Origin: Chloroflexota bacterium
GTDB lineage: Bacteria > Chloroflexota > Dehalococcoidia > Lucifugimonadales > UBA2962
Direction: 5' to 3'
Assembly (NCBI GenBank): GCA_002699485.1
Contig: PAAV01000049.1
Coordinates: 61,981-125,980, forward strand
DNA length: 64,000 nt
In this document: positions 9,237 through 18,202 of the stretch, one piece after another
Numbering within the stretch: position 1 is the first letter of the stretch
Layout: each line of letters begins with the position of its first letter
Made by a program: the position numbers and the translations under genes
The notes under the pieces: generated by a model
Told to the model about the DNA's origin: nothing
The model's database searches: none
What the model saw: the letters and a program-made list of their open reading frames with translations, nothing else

Positions 9237-10529
9237 TTAAAACACTTCTGGTGGCCAATACAACATCATAACAGTAACGGTTTCGCCTGCCTTAATACCT
9301 GTTTTATTTTCGGGGCATATTGCTAAACCATTGGCTTTTGCCATTGTGCTCAAAATGTTTGAAGACTGAACTCCAGAAAGAGACACATGATATTCATCGT
9401 GTTTTTTATAGACGAACGCACGAGCATAAATTCGACGTCCATCCTGATTATCTATTTCGTCGTCTAAAATCGCCTTGATAGTTGCTCTAGGAATGAACTC
9501 GTGCCCTAACATCAATCTGATCGCCGGCCTACAGAATTGTTCAAAAGCAACTAGTGCGCTTACTGGGTTTCCTGGTAGACCAACTAGTGGTACAAGTTTG
9601 CCATTTTGTCTTAGCACCCCAAAAGCCAAAGGCTTCCCTGGTTTCATTCGCACAGAATGGAATTCAATCGTTCCATTTTTTGAAAGGACGTCTTTTACTA
9701 TATCGAAATCACCTTTTGAAACCCCGGCAGATGTGATTACTAGATCAGACTTATTACACTTATCGAGTTTTTTTTCTATCGATTCAAAATTATCTCTAGC
9801 AATACCTACTATAGTGGGGTTCCCGCCTGCCTCCATAACCGCGGATGCTATGCCATAAGAATTTGAGTCATATATCTTGCCTTGATGTAGTTTGTTTCCG
9901 GGTTTGGTTATTTCATTTCCCGTTGCCAAAATAGCAACTTCAGGCCTTCGAAATACTTTTACGGATGCTTTCCCAACAGACGCAATCAAAGCTATATGTG
10001 AAGGATGCAAAACTGTACCTGACTCGAGAATGGTTTCACCACTTTTTACATCCTGTCCCGCCTTACGCACATTTTTTCCGAGAGCTGAACTTGTATGAAT
10101 TCGAACCTCGTTAGCAGTGTTTGAGCTTGTACAATTAATTTCGTCTCCAGTTTCCTCGAAAGGTACTACTGCGTTTGCTCCCGTGGGAATTGGTGCCCCT
10201 GTCATAATTCGAACGGACTCATTATTGGATAAAGCCGAATATGGTAATTCTCCTGCAGCGGTTGTTGCTACTACTTTTAAGCTTTTTGGGTTTTTAAACG
10301 AGGCATTCTTAATATTTTCATATTTAACTGCATATCCATCCATTGCGGAGTTATCTAATGGAGGTATGTTAATTTCGCTTATTACATCTTCAGCCAATAC
10401 CATGCCATTTGTTCGTAAGATATCGCTTTCCTGGGTAGATAGAGGACTAAATACTGATAGGATCTTAGATAATGCATCTTCTACATCTATCATCGACTCA
10501 TGATGGCCATCTTGGTGCTTTACAGCCAA
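9237..10529 (-). CDS. moeA: Molybdopterin molybdenumtransferase
   Basis: PPLDNSAMDGYAV and GLPGNPVSALVAFEQF. The TTG start lies 1 nt after the pheT stop; an alternative ATG at 10493 (MIDVEDAL...) is possible. Confidence 0.85.
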   Translation of the reverse strand: MAVKHQDGHHESMIDVEDALSKILSVFSPLSTQESDILRTNGMVLAEDVISEINIPPLDNSAMDGYAVKYENIKNASFKNPKSLKVVATTAAGELPYSALSNNESVRIMTGAPIPTGANAVVPFEETGDEINCTSSNTANEVRIHTSSALGKNVRKAGQDVKSGETILESGTVLHPSHIALIASVGKASVKVFRRPEVAILATGNEITKPGNKLHQGKIYDSNSYGIASAVMEAGGNPTIVGIARDNFESIEKKLDKCNKSDLVITSAGVSKGDFDIVKDVLSKNGTIEFHSVRMKPGKPLAFGVLRQNGKLVPLVGLPGNPVSALVAFEQFCRPAIRLMLGHEFIPRATIKAILDDEIDNQDGRRIYARAFVYKKHDEYHVSLSGVQSSNILSTMAKANGLAICPENKTGIKAGETVTVMMLYWPPEVF

Positions 10530-10530
10530 A

Positions 10531-13011
10531 CTATGCTTGCCTCATCTCAACTTTTATAGACCTTTGTAATTTATTCAAAACATCTTCCATGCATCGGTCT
10601 ATTTGCTCTGCAGTTAGGGTATCTTTTACGGATTGGAAGACAACCTGAAAAGCCACAGATTTCTTGTTTGAACCTAAAGAATCATCCGTGTAAATGTCAA
10701 AAGGAAAAATATCTTTTACATATTTATGTTTCTTAAATACAGCTTCGATCTGAAAAACGGGCAAATCCTTATCAACAATTAAGGCTAGGTCACGAGATGA
10801 CTCTGGATATTTACTGAATTTTTTGTATATTCTGTCCCGAATACCAATCAAGCCATGTAGCTGACGTATGTCTACCCTAAAAATACTGATTAAATTCTCT
10901 TCCAGATCAAACTTGTTGAGGACGCTGGTATTAAGCTCACCGATATCACCTATAGTTTGTTTTTTATAAATGACATTAGCCGCCCTGCCCTCAAGATACA
11001 AAGGATCTGATTTTTCTTGAAATTCAACATCCAGGCCAAATTCAGTTAAGAGAGTATTTAGAACCCCTTTTGCATCATAAAAACCCATTTGAGTAGGCTT
11101 AGATGACCAGTTTCGAATATTTCTATTCCCGCAAAAACCTGCGATTAGTGATTCTTTTTCAATTGGCAGGTTGAAATCATCTGTAGTTAAATTAGGTATA
11201 AAGATTCTTCCCAATTCAAATAGGCGTAAAGGTTCTTCTCGACTGAGTTTTTTGTTCATGCTCATGGTTTTAAGCATGTTTGCTACCAATGAAGGCCGTA
11301 AAAAACGTTGATCGGATGTCATGGGATTAGCCAAGGATAGAGGTGGGTTTTTTAAATCCCATGAGTAAGTGTCTACCAGTTCCTGTTCAGAATTTACGTT
11401 GTAGGTGATTATTTCAACTAAACCTAGGGCAGAAATTTTATCTTTAATATTTTCTTTAAAATGCCACATGCCTCTTGGTCGATGATGGGGTATTGGCGTA
11501 GAAATCATAGTCGTTGGGATTGCTTCGTAGCCTGTGATTCTAGCTACTTCCTCTATTAAATCCTCTTGTATCTCGATTTCTGTTCGCCAATAGGGAGGCG
11601 TGAAGTATGTAGTCTCAGATCGAGATGAAGGAGACGGTTCAATAGTGTCAATTAGATTTATATCGTCATCCATAGCGTTGTCTGAAACAAATCCCAAAGA
11701 CTCAAGTACTTTAATTGCATCTTGATACTTAATACTCGCTCCAAGAACTTGATTTAATCTTGTTCTTTCGAACGGTATATTATGAGCTTTAGAGGTTTTA
11801 GACCTTATGTCTACAATTTCATCATATACTTCTCCGCCAGCGATCTGTTTTATCAATGCCGTCGCTCGGCGAAGCCCAATTTCTGCTAGATCTGGACTTA
11901 AAGTGCGCTCGAATCTGTAAGATGCTGCAGTACTTAATCTGAGATTTGAAGAAGTCCTTCTGGTATTTATTGGCTCAAAATTTGCTGCTTCAAGTAAAAT
12001 TGTATTGGTTTTGTCACTTACCTCGGAATTAGAACCTCCCATGATTCCTGCCAGACCAATTGCGCCAGATGTATCTGCAATGACAAGCATGGGTGGTTCA
12101 AGTTCTCTTTGTTCCCCATCTAAAGTTGTCAACTTCTCCTTGCTTATTGCTTTTCTAACAATTATTGAATGATCATTTATCGAATCAATATCAAATGCAT
12201 GTAATGGTTGATTCAACTCCAACATCACATAATTGGTTATATCAACAACATTATTTATTGGCCTTTGGCCACTTTTTACTAATATATCTTGAAGCCACTG
12301 GGGAGACTCCTTGATTTTGACCCCTTCTATTATGCTTGCAGTGTATCGCAAACATAAATCAGGGTCTCTAACATCAATTGAAATTATATTTTTGGTCAAT
12401 TTATCGGTGGTTGAAAAACTCAAATCTGGTTCAGCTACAGTCTTGCCAGTCAAAGCAGCAAGCTCTCTTGCGATTCCTAAAACAGAAAGACAGTCAGCTC
12501 TGTTCGGTGTTACATCAATATCAAAAACCACATCGCTCACAACGCTGCTTAACGGGAGTCCAATTTCAGTTGAATTATCGAGCTCCATGATTCCTTCATG
12601 GTCGTCGCCAATACCGAGTTCTTTAACCGAGCAAATCATCCCTTGTGACTTCACTCCACGAATGTTTGCTTCCCGAAGTTGCTCCACTTTTTCAGTACGT
12701 GTGTTAAAAACCTTAGCCCCTAATTTAGCAAAAGCTATTTTTTGGCCCTCGCGAATATTAGGTGCACCACAGACAACCTGAACAGTAGTTTCTGCACCTA
12801 TATCAACTACAGGTAATTTTATGCGGTCTGCATTTGGGTGGGGCTCAATTTTAACAATCTCACCAACAATAAATTTATTGTCATCAAGATGGCCGCCAAT
12901 ATCTTGATAATCGGCAACCTCTACACCAGCCATAGTTAGTAAATGAGCAATTTGCCGTGGTGGCAAATCGATCTCAACATATTGTTTTAACCAAGATAAA
13001 GGAACAAGCAT
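10531..13011 (-). CDS. pheT: Phenylalanine--tRNA ligase beta subunit
   Basis: N-terminal tRNA-binding domain (VGEIVKIEPHPNADRIKLPVVDIG), then B3/4, B5 and anticodon-binding-like regions. 826 aa, directly downstream of pheS. Confidence 0.95.
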   Translation of the reverse strand: MLVPLSWLKQYVEIDLPPRQIAHLLTMAGVEVADYQDIGGHLDDNKFIVGEIVKIEPHPNADRIKLPVVDIGAETTVQVVCGAPNIREGQKIAFAKLGAKVFNTRTEKVEQLREANIRGVKSQGMICSVKELGIGDDHEGIMELDNSTEIGLPLSSVVSDVVFDIDVTPNRADCLSVLGIARELAALTGKTVAEPDLSFSTTDKLTKNIISIDVRDPDLCLRYTASIIEGVKIKESPQWLQDILVKSGQRPINNVVDITNYVMLELNQPLHAFDIDSINDHSIIVRKAISKEKLTTLDGEQRELEPPMLVIADTSGAIGLAGIMGGSNSEVSDKTNTILLEAANFEPINTRRTSSNLRLSTAASYRFERTLSPDLAEIGLRRATALIKQIAGGEVYDEIVDIRSKTSKAHNIPFERTRLNQVLGASIKYQDAIKVLESLGFVSDNAMDDDINLIDTIEPSPSSRSETTYFTPPYWRTEIEIQEDLIEEVARITGYEAIPTTMISTPIPHHRPRGMWHFKENIKDKISALGLVEIITYNVNSEQELVDTYSWDLKNPPLSLANPMTSDQRFLRPSLVANMLKTMSMNKKLSREEPLRLFELGRIFIPNLTTDDFNLPIEKESLIAGFCGNRNIRNWSSKPTQMGFYDAKGVLNTLLTEFGLDVEFQEKSDPLYLEGRAANVIYKKQTIGDIGELNTSVLNKFDLEENLISIFRVDIRQLHGLIGIRDRIYKKFSKYPESSRDLALIVDKDLPVFQIEAVFKKHKYVKDIFPFDIYTDDSLGSNKKSVAFQVVFQSVKDTLTAEQIDRCMEDVLNKLQRSIKVEMRQA

Positions 13012-13017
13012 TTTTCG

Positions 13018-14076
13018 TTAAAATTGTCCAAGAAATCTAATATCGTTATTATAGAAAAGTCTGATATCGTCTATGCCATTTTTGAGCATCGCGATCCTTT
13101 CCACTCCAATTCCAAAAGCAAAACCAGTGTACTTGTCAGTATCATATCCGACGGCCTTTAATACCTTAGGGTGGACCATGCCGGCACCCAAAATTTCTAT
13201 CCAGTTCTCCTCATCTATGTTTTTATCAGTGTCTTTGGTTCTGGAATTCCAGTCAATTGCCATTTCGGCTCCGGGTTCCACAAATGGAAAGTAGTCACAT
13301 CGAAAGCGAACTTTCACATCTTCTCCGAATAATATTCGAGCAAATTCGTAGAGAGTGCCTTTTAAGTTTGCAAAGGTTATACCCTTGTCAACTGCTAACC
13401 CTTCAATCTGTGAAAAATGCCACTCATGTGAAGAATCAGTCGCTTCATATCGATACACTTTTCCTGGCACTACAAGACGAACAGGAGGATCTTGCTTTTC
13501 CATAGTCCTGATTTGCATCGGAGATGTGTGCGTGCGGAGTAACATAGGTCTTTCCCCACTATCATCTTCTTGGTCAATCCATAGAGTATTGAACCCATCT
13601 CTAGCTGGATGATGCTTCGGTATATTAAGCATCTGAAAATTGTAATGATCAAGCTCTACTTCTGGGCCTTCGATGATTTCGAACCCCATTGATGAGAAGG
13701 CTTCACATATATCACGAATAGTTTGGGTAATAGGGTGTAGGGATCCATTATTGATTGGTATACCAGGCAAAGTCACATCTATTGATTCTGTGTGATTTGG
13801 GCTATTATTGGTTGAAATTTTGGTACGCTGGCCCAGTAGTTTTTCTTCTAGCAGTGCGGAGGCGCTATTGATTGCATGGCCAAATTCCGGTCGTTCTGCT
13901 GAGGGTAAATCAGATATAGAACGTTTCAATTGAACAACAATACCTTTACGGCCTAAATACCGAACTCTCCATTCATCAAGGGATTCTAAAGTTTTGGTCG
14001 CATTCAATTCTTTCAAGGCGCTATGTAAGACCTCGTCTATATTTGGTGCGGTATTTTTTTCAGTGTTTTTGTTCAT
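13018..14076 (-). CDS. pheS: Phenylalanine--tRNA ligase alpha subunit
   Basis: HPARD, FRCDYFPFVEPGAEM, LGAGMVHPKVL and AFGIGVERIAML (class II motifs). Confidence 0.95.
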   Translation of the reverse strand: MNKNTEKNTAPNIDEVLHSALKELNATKTLESLDEWRVRYLGRKGIVVQLKRSISDLPSAERPEFGHAINSASALLEEKLLGQRTKISTNNSPNHTESIDVTLPGIPINNGSLHPITQTIRDICEAFSSMGFEIIEGPEVELDHYNFQMLNIPKHHPARDGFNTLWIDQEDDSGERPMLLRTHTSPMQIRTMEKQDPPVRLVVPGKVYRYEATDSSHEWHFSQIEGLAVDKGITFANLKGTLYEFARILFGEDVKVRFRCDYFPFVEPGAEMAIDWNSRTKDTDKNIDEENWIEILGAGMVHPKVLKAVGYDTDKYTGFAFGIGVERIAMLKNGIDDIRLFYNNDIRFLGQF

Positions 14077-14205
14077 TAATTTAAGTAACTAAATCATTTG
14101 AGAATAATAATCAGATTTGATTACTATAAATATCTTACACGGCAGAAGCATTAACCAATAGACTGATACACTACACTCTAAACCAATTTGGTAAGGGGAA
14201 TAACA

Positions 14206-14916
14206 GTGAAAAGAGAGGATGGCAGGCAGTTTGACGAGATGCGAAATGTAACAATAACACCTGGCGCACAGCAATATGCAGAAGGGTCCGTCGTCATCGA
14301 AACTGGTAACACAAAAGTTCTTTGTGCAGTATCTATTGAAGAGGGTGTCCCTGCATTTTTAAAAGGACAGGGCAAGGGATGGGTTACTGCTGAGTATTCG
14401 ATGTTACCTCGCTCAACTCATACTCGCATTAGCAGATCTCGCTCTAGCGGTGGGCGTGCGAAAGAAATACAAAGGTTAATTGGTCGTTCTATAAGAGCGG
14501 TAACGGACTTGGGCCTATTAGGAGAAAAGACTGTAACTATAGATTGTGATGTGCTGCAAGCCGATGGAGGGACTCGCACATCGGCGATAACAGGATCGTA
14601 TGTGGCTTTTGAATTAGCTTGTCGGGAGTTAATAAATCGCGGTGATTTGTTGCAAAACCCTTTGAAATACCCTGTGGCAGCCACGAGTGTTGGACTTGTA
14701 GGTGGAAAATTACTGCTGGATCTTGTGTATGAAGAAGATTCGAGTGCAGAAGTGGATTTCAATGTAGTAATGACGGGAAGCGGGCAATTTGTAGAGATTC
14801 AGGCTACAGGTGAAGAGTTTGTTTTTGACCACGACAGTTTAATGGGAGCTTTGGATTTAGCAAAAAAGGGTATTCAATCCTTAAGCGAGCTACAAGCTGA
14901 AGTGTTAAGAAATTAA
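14206..14916 (+). CDS. rph: Ribonuclease PH
   Basis: GSVVIETGNTKVLCAV, GGRAKEIQRLIGRS and DCDVLQADGGTRTSAITGS. I prefer GTG at 14206 (AAGGGGA 8 nt upstream) over the track TTG at 14188. Confidence 0.9.
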   Translation: MKREDGRQFDEMRNVTITPGAQQYAEGSVVIETGNTKVLCAVSIEEGVPAFLKGQGKGWVTAEYSMLPRSTHTRISRSRSSGGRAKEIQRLIGRSIRAVTDLGLLGEKTVTIDCDVLQADGGTRTSAITGSYVAFELACRELINRGDLLQNPLKYPVAATSVGLVGGKLLLDLVYEEDSSAEVDFNVVMTGSGQFVEIQATGEEFVFDHDSLMGALDLAKKGIQSLSELQAEVLRN

Positions 14917-14949
14917 TGATTAAAGAGTACAAAAACTTAGGCAAGTCGA

Positions 14950-15957
14950 TTGAATAGCGAATCAAACATAAAAGTGCTTCTGGCTGCTAGGCCTAAGGGA
15001 TATCCCAGAAACGAAGATTTTTTAGTGATTGAATCTGAGATTCCCAAGATTAAGGAAGGTGAGTTACTGGTTAAAATAGATTGGCTATCTCTTGACCCAT
15101 ATATGAGAGGCCGAATGAACGATGTCAAATCCTATGCACCTTCTGTTGAGGTTGGTGACGTTATGGTGGGTGGTGCAGTTGGAACAATCATCGAATCAAG
15201 GACCTCACTATTCTCTAAGGGAGAAATTGTTGAAGGGAGTTTTGGCTGGCAGTCATACGCTTTATCGAACGGTGTAGGTTTACGGAAGATAAACCCTGAT
15301 TTAGGACCGATACAATCTAGTATAGGGGTGCTAGGGATGCCTGGTCTGACTGCATATTTTGGGTTATTAGACGTATGTCAACCTATAGCTGGCGATACTG
15401 TAGTTGTTTCGGCCGCTTCTGGTGCAGTAGGTCAAATTGCAGGACAAATAGCAAAGATCATGGGATGTAGAGTTATTGGTACTGCTGGTACAAACGAGAA
15501 AGTACAATTTATTGTAGACGAATTGGGGTTTGATGCTGGGATAAATTACAAAACAGAAAATGTGGGAACTTCACTTAACTCTGCCTGTCCTGATGGAATT
15601 GATATTTATTTTGATAATGTAGGTGGATTTGTTACCGATGAAGTCATAAAGAGAATCAACACTGGAGCTAGAATCGCTATTTGTGGACAAGTTTCTCAAT
15701 ATAATTTAGAAGAACCTGAGCTTGGCCCGAGAAATTTGTTCCATTTGACTAAATCACAGGCAAAGATGGAAGGCTTCTTAGTTTTTGCTTATGAGGCAAG
15801 GTATGACGAAGCTCTTCATAGACTTTCTAAGTGGATAAATCAAGATAAGTTGAAGTACAAGGAAGATATCGTGGAAGGCATAAGAAATGCCCCGCAAACT
15901 TTTATTGGCATGCTAAACGGGGAGAATTTAGGCAAAACCTTAATTAAGGTGTCTTGA
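14950..15957 (+). CDS. NADP-dependent oxidoreductase, MDR superfamily (YncB/CurA/prostaglandin-reductase-like)
   Basis: N-terminus LLAARPKGYPRNEDF and nucleotide-binding AASGAVGQIAGQIAK. 335 aa. Confidence 0.8.
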   Translation: MNSESNIKVLLAARPKGYPRNEDFLVIESEIPKIKEGELLVKIDWLSLDPYMRGRMNDVKSYAPSVEVGDVMVGGAVGTIIESRTSLFSKGEIVEGSFGWQSYALSNGVGLRKINPDLGPIQSSIGVLGMPGLTAYFGLLDVCQPIAGDTVVVSAASGAVGQIAGQIAKIMGCRVIGTAGTNEKVQFIVDELGFDAGINYKTENVGTSLNSACPDGIDIYFDNVGGFVTDEVIKRINTGARIAICGQVSQYNLEEPELGPRNLFHLTKSQAKMEGFLVFAYEARYDEALHRLSKWINQDKLKYKEDIVEGIRNAPQTFIGMLNGENLGKTLIKVS

Positions 15958-15984
15958 CTCGATCTTTATGGAGTGTAGGGGTTT

Positions 15985-17019
15985 TTATGCACATCGGATA
16001 TCTTCAGGATCCCATCTGTTGAAGTATTCCGACTCATTTTTTTCAATCAACTTATATTTAGCATCCTGCCACATGCTTCGCCATAGCTTGTGATCCTTCA
16101 ATACGCTGTCAGGGGTATGTTTGCTTCTAGCCACAAATCCAGGAAAATGAGCTCGTCCAGTAGGCTGCCCAATAGGCTGATATCTTAAATCAAAACTCCA
16201 TCTAATATCATCACTTTGATTTTCTAGGGAACAGTGCTTGGTTAATTTGGTTAAAAACAGTACATCGCCCGGTTCCATTTCCAATGCTATATTATCTTCA
16301 GTGACATATTTTCCAGGAATTTCAATTTGTTTCCATTGAGGTCTTTTTTCAGTTTTGGTGCAGTGCAAAACTAATCCATTATTATGACTGTTCTTAGCAA
16401 CAACAAGACAACCATTTTCTATATTTGCAATTGTCATAGGAATCCAGACTGTCAATATTTCACTATTATCTGCATCTGAGGTGATCACCCCTTGGTCTTG
16501 ATGCCATTGAGTCCCGGTTACTAAACCTGAACCAAAAGATTTTTTTTGAAGCTTTTTGCTGATATTTTTAATTGGAGGTTTAATACGGACGTGTTGAACT
16601 GGATTGGAGTAAATTTCTGGTCCGATTATTTGTTCAACCATATCTAGCAACTTTGGATTAGTTAACAGACTGAAAATTGCTGGTCCGGTATGCATTAAGC
16701 TATCTGCATCAATTCCTCCATATCCAGCAGATTTTATTGACTCTGCGGTCATTTTAGGCAAGCTTATGTCCATATATTCATAATATGGGGCTTCAGGATA
16801 GTCATTCAAAATGCTGCATAATTGTTTGCCTAGTGTCAGATCTTCGTAAGTAGAAGCGATCTTTTGTTGCGAATACCATTCAGATGCCAGATCATCTAAA
16901 ACTTTTTTGTATTCTTGTCGAACGGGTTTCAGGTCTAATTGATCATCAAGAAGTCCTTTAGCGACCAAATAACCATTCTTAGTAAGCTGTTCTTTTAATG
17001 GGTTGTTTACTGTGACCAT
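15985..17019 (-). CDS. Phytanoyl-CoA dioxygenase (PhyH) family Fe(II)/2-oxoglutarate oxygenase
   Basis: TQWHQDQG (HxD facial triad) with a later His in a KNSHNNG-type segment and R-W-S-F near the C-terminus. Overall PhyH-like layout. Confidence 0.7.
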   Translation of the reverse strand: MVTVNNPLKEQLTKNGYLVAKGLLDDQLDLKPVRQEYKKVLDDLASEWYSQQKIASTYEDLTLGKQLCSILNDYPEAPYYEYMDISLPKMTAESIKSAGYGGIDADSLMHTGPAIFSLLTNPKLLDMVEQIIGPEIYSNPVQHVRIKPPIKNISKKLQKKSFGSGLVTGTQWHQDQGVITSDADNSEILTVWIPMTIANIENGCLVVAKNSHNNGLVLHCTKTEKRPQWKQIEIPGKYVTEDNIALEMEPGDVLFLTKLTKHCSLENQSDDIRWSFDLRYQPIGQPTGRAHFPGFVARSKHTPDSVLKDHKLWRSMWQDAKYKLIEKNESEYFNRWDPEDIRCA

Positions 17020-17048
17020 ATTGTTCTTGAACTACAACTTAAACTTCT

Positions 17049-17252
17049 TTAAGCGCTGTCTTCTTGTATGGGTGGGTGAAACAGGGGTGCTTCTCCATCG
17101 TCAATTTCAGCACCATTAACTTTCAATATATGATCAGCAGCCTCAATTATATTGTTGCTTGAATCTTGTGTTCTTTTTGAACCCCATAGCCTTACAGCTT
17201 TTTGTGTAAGTTCGGTAATCAACACCTTTTTTTCATCTATTGAGTCATTCAT
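17049..17252 (-). CDS. Hypothetical small protein (67 aa)
   Basis: ORF 29 nt upstream of the PhyH gene on the same strand. Only a weak SD. No family recognised. Confidence 0.3.
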   Translation of the reverse strand: MNDSIDEKKVLITELTQKAVRLWGSKRTQDSSNNIIEAADHILKVNGAEIDDGEAPLFHPPIQEDSA

Positions 17253-17371
17253 ATTGGTTAATCGCGCCTAGTAAACAAAAGTATAGTGCTTTATTAATAA
17301 TAGAGTCAAAGGTAAAATAAACGATACAGATTTAAGCCTAATTAAATCTTAAGATTGTAAATGTAAACAAA

Positions 17372-17401
17372 TTGACCCCAATACGTGGACGCTAATATAA
17401 T
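17372..17401 (+). promoter_or_regulatory. Sigma-70-like promoter candidate for the rpmH operon
   Basis: TTGACC (17372..17377), an 18-nt spacer, then TATAAT (17396..17401), about 27 nt upstream of the rpmH ATG. Confidence 0.45.
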
Positions 17402-17427
17402 CGTTTGGGAAATTAACAGATAAAGTC

Positions 17428-17571
17428 ATGTCTAAAAGAACTTATCAACCAAAAAATCGACGTCGAATGAGAGTGCATGGATTCAGATCCAGAATGAAAA
17501 CTCGTGCAGGTAGAAACGTGCTTAAAAGACGCACTTTTAAAGGACGTAAACAGCTCACAGTACAGGTATAG
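17428..17571 (+). CDS. rpmH: 50S ribosomal protein L34
   Basis: Absent from the ORF track because it is under 60 aa. My translation is [47 protein letters not shown], the classic L34 sequence, upstream of rnpA. Confidence 0.9.
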   Translation: MSKRTYQPKNRRRMRVHGFRSRMKTRAGRNVLKRRTFKGRKQLTVQV

Positions 17572-17604
17572 ATTAATATTAATTTTTTAATCTAGTGTAA
17601 TACA

Positions 17605-17964
17605 TTGCCTACGCTTCAAAGTCTTAGAAAAAAGTTGGACTTCCAAAGGGTGATGGAATCAGGGGAAAGTTGGTCGGACCGAAAGTTTGTGCTAGTAGCA
17701 TCGAATCAAACACCCCCTTCCGTTACAACAAGATTTGGTTTTTCAGTTAGCAAGCGTATTGGAAATGCCGTTATACGTAATCAAATGAAGCGCAGATTGC
17801 GGACTGCTGTAACTAACTGTGATTACAGCGGAGGATGGGATGCGGTATTAATAGCAAGAAAAGGTTCTGTAGGCTGCACATATAAAGAAATTGAAAGATC
17901 AGTGTCTAGATTATTAATGAAATCTGGAATAGCTACTGATCGACTGGAATCGAAAACGAGATAA
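17605..17964 (+). CDS. rnpA: Ribonuclease P protein component
   Basis: FGFSVSKRIGNAVIRNQMKRRLR (RNR motif) and its position after rpmH. TTG start. Confidence 0.85.
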   Translation: MPTLQSLRKKLDFQRVMESGESWSDRKFVLVASNQTPPSVTTRFGFSVSKRIGNAVIRNQMKRRLRTAVTNCDYSGGWDAVLIARKGSVGCTYKEIERSVSRLLMKSGIATDRLESKTR

Positions 17965-17969
17965 ATGCA

Positions 17970-18179
17970 ATGAAAAAGTTAGCGCTACTGATAATAGTTA
18001 TTTATCAGCAGATCATTTCTCCATATTTAGGGTATAGGTGTAGGCACGAGCCCACGTGTTCGAATTATGGACATGAAGCTATATCGAAACACGGATTGAT
18101 GACAGGTTCATTGATGACAATTTCTAGGCTGCTTAACTGTCGTCCTTTTGGTAAAACCGGATATGACCCGGTGCCATAA
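17970..18179 (+). CDS. yidD: Membrane protein insertion efficiency factor YidD
   Basis: YQQIISPYLGYRCRHEPTCSNYGHEAI. 69 aa. Confidence 0.9.
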   Translation: MKKLALLIIVIYQQIISPYLGYRCRHEPTCSNYGHEAISKHGLMTGSLMTISRLLNCRPFGKTGYDPVP

Positions 18180-18202
18180 TTGAAAAAAATGGATTTACGC
18201 CT

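Noticed and set aside
9475-12781. Antisense ORFs of 127, 128 and 156 aa (9475..9858, 10117..10503, 12311..12781) opposite moeA and pheT.
   Set aside because: They lie entirely inside well-supported conserved genes. Their compositions are Ser/Pro/Thr-rich and low in complexity, and they have no translation signals. I treat them as shadow ORFs.
14188-14205. Track start (TTG 14188) for rph, and similar upstream-extended starts for lysR (32188), the second crotonase (21614) and the nuoG-like gene (43071).
   Set aside because: In each case a downstream ATG or GTG has a better SD and gives an N-terminus that matches the family, whereas the extensions add non-conserved residues.
17253-17427. Possible oriC next to rpmH, since rpmH-rnpA-yidC often flanks dnaA/oriC.
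   Set aside because: dnaA is not adjacent; the upstream neighbours are a small ORF and a PhyH gene. I found no TTATCCACA/TGTGGATAA-type boxes in this 175-nt spacer, only a promoter-like TTGACC-18-TATAAT.
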